Below, in pieces: positions 1 to 7,225 of a stretch of DNA of 20,252 nucleotides. The notes beneath the pieces were generated by a model. It worked only from the letters and a program-made list of their open reading frames with translations, was not told the DNA's origin and did no database searches. The stretch's first letter is position 1. The number at the start of each line of letters is the position of its first letter. The DNA lies in contig JBMSSC010000038.1 of NCBI GenBank assembly GCA_049424145.1, positions 1 to 20,252 on the forward strand, in the 5' to 3' direction. The DNA is from Bdellovibrionia bacterium. GTDB lineage: Bacteria; Bdellovibrionota; UBA1018. The translations under genes and the position numbers were made by a program.

Positions 1-740
1 GAGACGAACACCTGGAGCTCTGAAGCAGGCCTAGTCTTGGCCCTTCTTCGAGCCGCATTGAGCAGCGTGAGCGTCGTTCCGTGAACAATGCCTTGGGGGC
101 CAATGTACATGAACGATCCCGCCGTCATTTGGCCAAACTGAGTGACCCCAAGGGCATTGAAGCGCTCCCAATCATCGGGCTTCGAGTAATTAGGAATCAT
201 CATCCCGTTGGTCACCACGACCCGGGGGGAGGAAGGCGAAGAGGGAAAGAGCCCCAGGGGATGGCCAGAGTACAAGACCAACGTCTGCTCATCTGTCATG
301 GTGGCCAAGTACTGCATGGTGAGCAGGTACTGGGCCCAGTTTTGAAACACAGCGCCGTTACCTCCGTAGGTGATCAACTCGTGAGGGTGCTGAGCCACGG
401 CAGGATCCAAGTTATTGGTGAGCATGAGTTGGATGGCCGCAGCCTGGCTGCTTCGATGTGGGTACTGATCCATGGGCCTGGCTCGCATGGGGTAATCGGG
501 CCTAAACCGGTACATGTAGATTCGCCCATAGGTTTCCAGCTCCTCGGCAAACTCGGGGGCCAAAATGGAATGATGCCGGGGATGAAAGTATCGAAGTGCG
601 TTTCGCACAGCCAAGTGCTTTTCTTCCACCGAAAGAATCTGCTTTCTTCTCGGGGCATGGTTCACAGCTAAATCATAGGGTTTTACAGGAGGTAAATGAT
701 CTGGAATTCCTCTCAACACTGATTCCTGAAAATCATCCAT
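1..740 (-). CDS. hutU: Urocanate hydratase (long type), 5' part; runs off the left edge of the window
   Basis: Manual translation from ATG at 740, with SD AAGGAG 6 nt upstream: MDDFQESVLRGIPDHLP...NALRYF...YGRIYMYRFRP...NNLDPAVAQHPHELITYGGNGAVFQNWAQY...TLVLYSGHPLGLFPS...VVVTNGMMIPNYS...GVTQFGQMTAGSFMYIGPQGIVHGT. These are urocanase signature motifs. No stop occurs before the window edge. Confidence 0.95.
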   Translation of the reverse strand, partial: MDDFQESVLRGIPDHLPPVKPYDLAVNHAPRRKQILSVEEKHLAVRNALRYFHPRHHSILAPEFAEELETYGRIYMYRFRPDYPMRARPMDQYPHRSSQAAAIQLMLTNNLDPAVAQHPHELITYGGNGAVFQNWAQYLLTMQYLATMTDEQTLVLYSGHPLGLFPSSPSSPRVVVTNGMMIPNYSKPDDWERFNALGVTQFGQMTAGSFMYIGPQGIVHGTTLTLLNAARRRAKTRPASELQVFV

Positions 741-831
741 TTATTTCTCCTTTAATTTTTGTCATAACTCCATGAGAGACCGATCAACCATTGAAACCAA
801 AGACTAACCCATTGAACCTTTGGAGGCACCT

Positions 832-2562
832 ATGATTTTACTCAACCCATCGCGTTATTCTCAAGCGGACTCTGCGGATGCAGCCGCCCAATCCATTCCC
901 AGTTTAGACCCCAAAACTCGGGCCATGATGGAGAAAACCATCCAATTCTTTGAGTCGAGGGGAAAAAAACGACTCAAAAAAGAGGATCACGACTGTCGCT
1001 GGTATGCGGATTTCATTGAATTTCAAAAGCAGGAAAAAATCTTTGCCACCCTAATGACTCCCCCTCCCTATGGTGGATCGGATGCCCGCTGGGATACCTG
1101 GCGAAACTCGGAGTTCAGCGAAATTTTGGGCTTCTATGGTCTGAACTATTGGTACACCTGGCAAGTCTCCATGCTCGGCCTGGGTCCCATCTGGATGAGC
1201 AAGAACGAGGCGGTTAAGAAGAAAACAGCCGAACTCCTCGATCAGGGAGCGATCTTTGGCTTCGGGCTTTCTGAAAAAGAACATGGAGCTGATCTCTACT
1301 CCTCAGAGATGAAGCTTTACCCCGTTCCTGGAGAAGGTTACCAAGCGCGCGGTCGAAAGTACTACATTGGAAACGGGAATCAAGCGGCCTTGGTCTCCAC
1401 GTTTGGAAAAATGAGCTTCAATGACGAATTCGTGTTCTTCGCCGTTCAATCTCAGCACCCCAACTACAAATGCATCCAAAACGTCGTTCACTCGCAGAAC
1501 TTTGTGGCCGAGTTCGAACTAAAAAACTACCCGATCCAGGATGCCGACATTCTCTCCCAAGGCACTGAGGCTTGGGATGCCTCCCTCAATACGATTAACA
1601 TCTGCAAGTTCAATCTTGGGTGGGCGTCTATTGGCATTTGCACGCATGCCTTTTACGAAGCCATCTCACATGCCGCCTCACGCAACCTCTATGGACAAAT
1701 GGTCACCGACTTCCCCCACGTTCAGCACTTATTTGTCGATGCGTATGCCCGGCTTGTGGCCATGAAACTCTTCTCCAAGCGAGCCATTGACTACATGCGA
1801 TCGGCCAGCGCCCAGGACCGACGCTACTTGCTCTATAATCCTATGGTCAAGATGAAGGTCACCACCCAAGGCGAAGAAGTGATCAACCTCCTTTGGGATG
1901 TGATTGCAGCCAAGGGCTTTGAAAAAAACATGGTCTTTGAAACCGCAACTCGGGATATCCGAGCGCTGCCCAAGCTTGAGGGCACGGTCCATGTCAACAT
2001 GGCCTTGATCATCAAGTTCATGAAGAATTACTTCTTTCAGCCCGATGAATTTCCTGAAATCCCTACCCGGGATGACGCCACTCATGATGAGTTTTTATTT
2101 GATCAAGGCCCCACCAAAGGGCTGGGTCAAATTCGCTTTCATGACTACATGAAAGCCTACCAAAGCATGGATCTGCCCAATGTGAAGATCTTAAGGGATC
2201 AAATCCAGGCCTTCAAACGTTTGCTTTTGGTGGCTGGACCCACTGCTGAGCAGAAAAAAGACTTTGGATTCCTGCTCATCTTAGGGGAGCTGTTTACGAT
2301 TGTGGCGTACGGGCAATTGATCTTAGAGCAAGCCAAGCTCACTTCGGTGGATCCGGAGCTTGTGGATCAGATCTTTGATTTCCTCGTGCGGGACTTCTCT
2401 AAATTTGCCCTACAACTACTCACTCACACTCAGAGCACTCGCGCCCAAGTAGTGATGGCAGGACTGCTCATCCGAAAGCCCAAGAAAAACGAAGCTCGAT
2501 TCCAAAGGATCTGGCAAAACGATGTCTTGAGCCTCAAAGACGCCTACTCCATGAAAAACTAA
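832..2562 (+). CDS. Acyl-CoA dehydrogenase family protein
   Basis: FAD-binding motifs FGLSEKEHGADL and GRKYYIGNG, plus catalytic-type LEGT motif (LPKLEGTVHVN). SD GGAGG at 822-826 favours ATG 832 over TTG 820. Confidence 0.92.
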   Translation: MILLNPSRYSQADSADAAAQSIPSLDPKTRAMMEKTIQFFESRGKKRLKKEDHDCRWYADFIEFQKQEKIFATLMTPPPYGGSDARWDTWRNSEFSEILGFYGLNYWYTWQVSMLGLGPIWMSKNEAVKKKTAELLDQGAIFGFGLSEKEHGADLYSSEMKLYPVPGEGYQARGRKYYIGNGNQAALVSTFGKMSFNDEFVFFAVQSQHPNYKCIQNVVHSQNFVAEFELKNYPIQDADILSQGTEAWDASLNTINICKFNLGWASIGICTHAFYEAISHAASRNLYGQMVTDFPHVQHLFVDAYARLVAMKLFSKRAIDYMRSASAQDRRYLLYNPMVKMKVTTQGEEVINLLWDVIAAKGFEKNMVFETATRDIRALPKLEGTVHVNMALIIKFMKNYFFQPDEFPEIPTRDDATHDEFLFDQGPTKGLGQIRFHDYMKAYQSMDLPNVKILRDQIQAFKRLLLVAGPTAEQKKDFGFLLILGELFTIVAYGQLILEQAKLTSVDPELVDQIFDFLVRDFSKFALQLLTHTQSTRAQVVMAGLLIRKPKKNEARFQRIWQNDVLSLKDAYSMKN

Positions 2563-2571
2563 AACCAACAG

Positions 2572-2647
2572 TGTTTCGAGTATTTAGCCTATATTACGAC
2601 AATTCAAAAAATGTCGTAATATAGGCTAATGAATTTAGCTCGAAACA
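2572..2647. repeat. Long inverted repeat (perfect 18-bp stem plus outer 9-bp stem); possible terminator or REP/MITE-like element
   Basis: TTAGCCTATATTACGACA (2584-2601) pairs with TGTCGTAATATAGGCTAA (2612-2629) around a 10-nt loop. Outer TGTTTCGAG (2572-2580) pairs with CTCGAAACA (2639-2647). It begins 9 nt after the dehydrogenase stop. Confidence 0.85.
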
Positions 2648-3275
2648 GTGAGACGATCCGTGAAGAGGTAACGAATCGGGATGAGTTTGAATTGATCATA
2701 GACATCTTTCGTTTCTTGAAAATCAAATTCAAATGGTAATTTTTTAATTCATTCTTCGGATCCTGAGATCACTTGAGTTTTCCGTCATCCGAAAAAGTAC
2801 CCAAACCATTTCCAGCTTCGAAGATGGAGCGATTCGAAACCTCCTCCACCATCTAGTAAAACCGGGACCATTCTGATTCGTTCTCCGGACCAGCACTGAA
2901 TGCAATCAATGGGTTTGCCAGCAGGAACAAAATCGTTGCGATTGATCGAATTGGCTTAACTCAAAACTGTTTCTCAATTTTTAAAACCATGCGCCTCTTC
3001 TAGAAGAGATCATGATCAAATTAAATTTTTTTTAGTTTTTTATATTAAATTGTTTTTATTAACTTTATCAAAAAATAACTATTTGAAATTAAAATAAAAA
3101 ACAGCATCTCTTTGAGTCAAAAAAAGAGAACCCACCTCATAAAAGAGGGACATCTTGCCTAAATCATTTGAAAATGACTTCAGATTTCATTGGTCTTCAG
3201 TAGTCTTTAGTTACCTAAGAAACAGCAAGTGAGCATAATTTAACCCCCTCTCAAGAGCTTTGAGTAGCTCCTTGA

Positions 3276-4109
3276 TCAAAAGCCACTAGCCCAGTTGAGG
3301 TCCAATCCCCTCCTCGGACAAACGCCAAAGAGTTCAAACACCTGATGCCAAGGATGATTCCATTTGGATTGAATCATTAAATTCAATCCTGTCTCAGGGT
3401 GAACTAACTTCAATTCTGCTGCTTTTAAATAAAGCATGCGAACCCCAAAGAACTCTCGAAAAAATCGATTATGGGGGCCATCTCCGTAGATCGTATCTCC
3501 AATTAAGGGATGTGAGAGATGAGCAAAGTGCCTTCGGATCTGATGCATTCGCCCGCTCTGAGGCCTGATTTCAACCAAGGAATACCGGGAGCTTGGGTAT
3601 TTTCCAACGGCATAGGGAAGTTCAATCTGGGAGAGAACCTCATAATGGGTGACGGCTGGTTGACCTACAGATTCAAGCAAATCCAAACTGGAGCTGTCTC
3701 TTCTAGTTTCCAACTCAGCGATTCCTGCATCTTGACTCTGAACTGACGCATGGGCCCGACCATGAGTTCTACTCTGGGACCTTAACGGATGATCGACGAT
3801 CTTTTTTCCCGGTGCGACATGCCCCCTGACCAGAGCATAGTATGTCTTTTTGATTTCATTTCTTTGGAACATCTCGGAGATGGATCGGGCCACCTCAGGC
3901 TTTAAAGCAAACAATAAGACGCCTGAGGTCGCACGGTCCAAACGATGAACGGGGTACAGGTAGGCCTGAAGTTGTTTTCTTAAAATAAAAAGGCAATTCT
4001 GCGACCGAGGAATCTGATGTTGCTGATCCTCCGGAGGATGCACATGAAAACCCTCGGGCTTATCAACCGCAACTAAACTTGCGTCCTGGTATAAAATTCT
4101 TAAACTCAT
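3276..4109 (-). CDS. truC: RluA-family pseudouridine synthase, most like tRNA pseudouridine(65) synthase TruC
   Basis: Motifs ILYQD..LVAVDKP, HRLDRATSGVLLFA (catalytic Asp), KTYYALVRG, GRMHQIRRH, HPLIGDTIYGD. There is no S4 domain. The segment ELPYAVGKYPSSRYSLVE is TruC-like. Start placed at MSLRIL (4109); the ORF track extends to 4142. Confidence 0.88.
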   Translation of the reverse strand: MSLRILYQDASLVAVDKPEGFHVHPPEDQQHQIPRSQNCLFILRKQLQAYLYPVHRLDRATSGVLLFALKPEVARSISEMFQRNEIKKTYYALVRGHVAPGKKIVDHPLRSQSRTHGRAHASVQSQDAGIAELETRRDSSSLDLLESVGQPAVTHYEVLSQIELPYAVGKYPSSRYSLVEIRPQSGRMHQIRRHFAHLSHPLIGDTIYGDGPHNRFFREFFGVRMLYLKAAELKLVHPETGLNLMIQSKWNHPWHQVFELFGVCPRRGLDLNWASGF

Positions 4110-4315
4110 CGTATTGGGCTCACATTCAATTAAAAAAAACAACTCTTATTTGATCAAGTAGATTGAGATCTAATCTCTTCGTGCTTATTGAAGTCTCTTT
4201 TTTCCTATTTTTTATTCTTAAAAATATTATTTTCATTTTTAACTTCTTGAGTTCAGAAAAAATTTTACTCAAACTAAGCCTTGTGTTAATTCCGCAACAT
4301 TAGGGGGAAGTGATC

Positions 4316-5173
4316 ATGAAACTGGGGGGCAATTCAAAGATTCGTAATTCAATCATTCTAAGACTCACTATTTTTTGGCTCAGCGCTTTCTCTTCACTGA
4401 TGGTCTGCCCCTGTGCTTTCTCAGGGAACGACGGGTGTTTCAACATAAAATCGGATCAAAAGCGAGAGCCGTCTGCGTCACCTTTGATGTTTTTAAGTTG
4501 GACTGCCGCGGTCGATCCCGATGGACACTTTGATCATATTTTAGAGATGATCAATCAAAAACTAGAGACCGGTTGGAAGCTCTCGGATTTTGAGCTTCAG
4601 GAAAGTTGCGATCGAGCCTTCAATCACTACAAAAGATGGGTTCTATTAAAGGACGGAATCCCCATCTACGGTCAATTTATCCATATCTGGACCGACCTGG
4701 GAACTGATCACCTCATTCAAGCCGAAGCGGTTCTCAGTCGCCCTGCACCACCGCCCCCACCTGAGGAGCCCAAGGCCTCTTTTTTCTCATCCCGAGTCTT
4801 AGGAGAAAGCTTAACCCAATGCTTCTCAGGCTTTAACAAGTCTGAGAAGAGCCCCGTCCACCAACTCAGGCATCAACTCTCACGAGAGGCAACCCTCTCA
4901 CTGATTCGTGAGACGGTCCAGGAGAACCCAAATGACTCATCGTTTCAAGAGGCCCATTGGAATGACGTCTGGAACGGAGGGAAAGTCGAGCGACTGATCC
5001 AAGCTCAAGGCGAAAAAGGGAACCACTTTCTTCGCGTTGACCTAAAAACCCAGGGCGTAGTCTCCTATCAGTATTTCTTATTTTCTCAAGTTGATACTCC
5101 ATCGGAGGAGCGCAGTCACCCCTCTCAAATCTACCCAATCTCCGAAGAAGGAGATACCCCTCGGGCTCCATGA
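4316..5173 (+). CDS. Secreted hypothetical protein; resembles the propeptide (FTP/PepSY-like) region of an M4/M36 metallopeptidase, probably truncated
   Basis: Basic N-terminus followed by a hydrophobic stretch (LTIFWLSAFSSLMVCPCAFS). FNHYKRWVLLKDGIPIYGQFIHIW resembles the FTP 'Q..NGIPVYG....VH' motif. No HExxH is present. SD AGGGGG at 4302-4307 fits ATG 4316. The ORF ends about 30 bp from an IS605-type remnant. Confidence 0.55.
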   Translation: MKLGGNSKIRNSIILRLTIFWLSAFSSLMVCPCAFSGNDGCFNIKSDQKREPSASPLMFLSWTAAVDPDGHFDHILEMINQKLETGWKLSDFELQESCDRAFNHYKRWVLLKDGIPIYGQFIHIWTDLGTDHLIQAEAVLSRPAPPPPPEEPKASFFSSRVLGESLTQCFSGFNKSEKSPVHQLRHQLSREATLSLIRETVQENPNDSSFQEAHWNDVWNGGKVERLIQAQGEKGNHFLRVDLKTQGVVSYQYFLFSQVDTPSEERSHPSQIYPISEEGDTPRAP

Positions 5174-5202
5174 CCCGACTGACAAAGGCTCCCAGGCTCC
5201 AG

Positions 5203-5396
5203 GGAACCTCTTTAGCATGAATAGCGAAGGTCTCAGGGGATTCGCCTGTTTCACGTTTCTCAGAGCTTGCTACTGTCGGGATAGATCACAAGGCTTTCGG
5301 AATTTCCCTCCTTCCGCGCGCACTGTTCCGTGTTCCCCGAATGACGTTCTGAGCCCCCCCACGGCTAAAGCTAGGGGGCTTCCGGACGGAAGAGGG
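5203..5396 (-). mobile_element. Non-autonomous IS200/IS605-family miniature element (left end, omegaRNA-like body, degenerate right end)
   Basis: Minus strand reads TCAC (5400-5397), 14 nt, guide GAAG (5382-5379), then hairpin CCCCCTAGCTTTAGCCGTGGGGG. This matches the IS608 left-end layout (TTAC, ~15 nt, AAAG, CCCCTAGCTTTTAGCTATGGGG), and GAAG predicts TCAC under the IS608 guide-pairing rule. It continues GCGCGCGGA...GAAACGTGAA...GAATCCCC to a decayed hairpin ...TATTCATG...GAGGTTC. No tnpA or tnpB ORF. The right boundary is approximate. Confidence 0.75.
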
Positions 5397-5620
5397 GTGA
5401 AGATTTCTCATCTCAAACTCATACAAGCTCAACTTTCTGAACACTAAGGCCTCATTTTAGAAACTCTATCCCCTGTCAGTTTTGCATGCTGAATCGCTAT
5501 GATGGGAACGGCTGATCGGATAAGAAAAAAGAAAAAAAATAATTCTCAGTGACCATGAAGCAACTGGGGAGGAGACTATTTTTTCGGTTCTCGTTGGAGT
5601 CGATGCCGAAAAATGCTACC

Positions 5621-5651
5621 TTGACCTCCCCATGAATGGATGAGAGGATTA
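5621..5651 (-). mobile_element. Isolated IS200/IS605-type right-end remnant
   Basis: Minus strand TAATCCTCTCATCCATTCATGGGGAGGTCAA resembles the canonical right end (GAAT, hairpin, GAGG, TCAA). It shares ACCTC..CATGAAT..AGG (plus strand) with 5206-5230. Confidence 0.45.
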
Positions 5652-5810
5652 CGAAGGTGTCTCGTTGAACCACACGAGTTCTTAGGAACAGATCTGATCA
5701 ACAAAACGAGATCGCACTCTCACCATGACTAAAAAGCGCCTCTTCTCGACGATCAAGACTTCAAAAGACACAACGACTCAACAGATAAAATCAGTCAGAA
5801 AGGACACTGC

Positions 5811-6497
5811 ATGAAACTACTTCATAATACCCTTCGTCTGTTTTTCATCCTCATAGGAGTTCTATTTTTAGGATTTAACCCATCTCCCTCTCAGGCTGAA
5901 ATCAAAGGCCTCTTTGAAGTGGAGCCAGGACTCTATCGAGGGTCCTATCCTGAGTCTGCAGAAGACTTTAAAAAACTCGAGTCCCTGGGCATCAAAACCA
6001 TCCTCAACCTCCAAACCTCCTTCCGAGCCATTGACCTTGAAAAACGTCAAGCTCAAGACGTAGGCATTCACGTCGAAAGCATGCCCATACCCAGCCTTCG
6101 ATCAAAAATGACTCCATCGAAGGTCCTGATGCTCCTCAATGTTATGAAAGATCCAGAACTCCGCCCACTTTTTATTCACTGTCGCCATGGAAGAGATCGT
6201 ACTGGGTTTGCCATCGGAATGTATCGAATTCACGAGCAGAAATGGGAAGCCACTCGCACCTATCAAGAAATGAAGGAGTTTGGGTTTAGGCCTTATATCA
6301 CTCCCACTTTGTACTGGTTTTTTAAAACTCACCTCAGTCCGGGCGCGCTAGTCACCTCCGAAGACGATCAAGTTCCTCCTCCACCTTACCCAAGCCCTGA
6401 TTTTTCGGATGATCCAGACAGCGAGGCGATCTCCCTGAAAAATCGCCAAAGAACTTACGCCCTGGACCCATTTGAAATCGTTTTTTCGTCCTCGTGA
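5811..6497 (+). CDS. Secreted dual-specificity/tyrosine phosphatase-family protein (Siw14/PFA-DSP-like)
   Basis: P-loop HCRHGRDRTG (HCx5R), plus LYRGSYP and LGIKTILNL motifs. Signal peptide ending ...PSQA. SD AAGGA upstream. Pro/Asp-rich C-terminal tail. Confidence 0.9.
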   Translation: MKLLHNTLRLFFILIGVLFLGFNPSPSQAEIKGLFEVEPGLYRGSYPESAEDFKKLESLGIKTILNLQTSFRAIDLEKRQAQDVGIHVESMPIPSLRSKMTPSKVLMLLNVMKDPELRPLFIHCRHGRDRTGFAIGMYRIHEQKWEATRTYQEMKEFGFRPYITPTLYWFFKTHLSPGALVTSEDDQVPPPPYPSPDFSDDPDSEAISLKNRQRTYALDPFEIVFSSS

Positions 6498-7225
6498 ACT
6501 CTGAGGAAGTCTCCTTAAGACTGATGTAAAAAAGAATAGAACCTCTTGGGTAAAAAAATATTTGTCTCCCATCGATCCTGGAGATGAACACTTTTTGAAG
6601 GCTCTGAGCTTCCTGGTCCCTCGAAAGCCTTGAACCAAAACCGTGCGCAATCCTCCCAACTTCAGAGGGAGGCCAAGCCTGATCGAAACCGTTAGGCTTG
6701 AAGTCTTCATGGATTCTCAATCCGCGTAGTCAAAAGCCAGATCGTTTTAACACTGCCAAAACATGGAGTCCAAAAGTGCTTACCCCCATATTTCTGATTC
6801 AAAAACTGAGAGTCTCGGTTGAGAAATTGAGAGCTTGAGAGCAGCATTCTTAGGGAGCTTTTTTAAAAAAAACCACTCTGGCTGACAGACAACCCATCCG
6901 CGTAAAATTCATAGCGGAGGGATTTCCAGTGGAGAAAGTTTGTCCAATGACTGGTCTGTCCAGATCTAAGCCTGTATTTTAAGCAGAAGGCTCCCGATGA
7001 GGATCTGCACCATCAAACCTTTGGCCGTCCTATCCCCCCATACTGAGGGGCCCACTTTGAGACCGTCCCAGCGGCTTTTTTTACCATCGCCCTCGCATGA
7101 TTCAAAGACGAACAGTTAAAGATGTCCTTCATGGGTTGACCCATTTCTTTTCTCAAGAGCAAATTCGGGGTTAGGCTTGAGCATTCTGAGCAAGATGGAA
7201 CAAGTACCGGTGCCAAGCAATTGCC

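Noticed and set aside
81..671. 196-aa plus-strand ORF and the 374-658 minus-strand ORF
   Set aside because: These are antisense and alternate-frame shadows of hutU, whose true frame has clear urocanase motifs.
2572..2647. Integron attC site, dif site or CRISPR repeat
   Set aside because: No RYYYAAC/GTTRRRY ends, no 11-6-11 XerC/XerD layout, and only one copy with no spacers.
5091..5447. 118-aa plus-strand ORF
   Set aside because: It reads through the IS605 remnant on the opposite strand and has no SD or motifs.
5725..5814. 29-aa uORF overlapping the phosphatase start (ATGA)
   Set aside because: No SD and no informative composition; ATGA overlaps arise easily by chance.
6348..6720. Two overlapping minus-strand ORFs (120 and 122 aa)
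   Set aside because: Both overlap the phosphatase 3' end by about 150 nt, and neither has recognisable motifs or an SD.
7013..7216. 67-aa ORF downstream of tgt as a split fusion domain
   Set aside because: TTG start, and no methyltransferase motifs in the frames I read.
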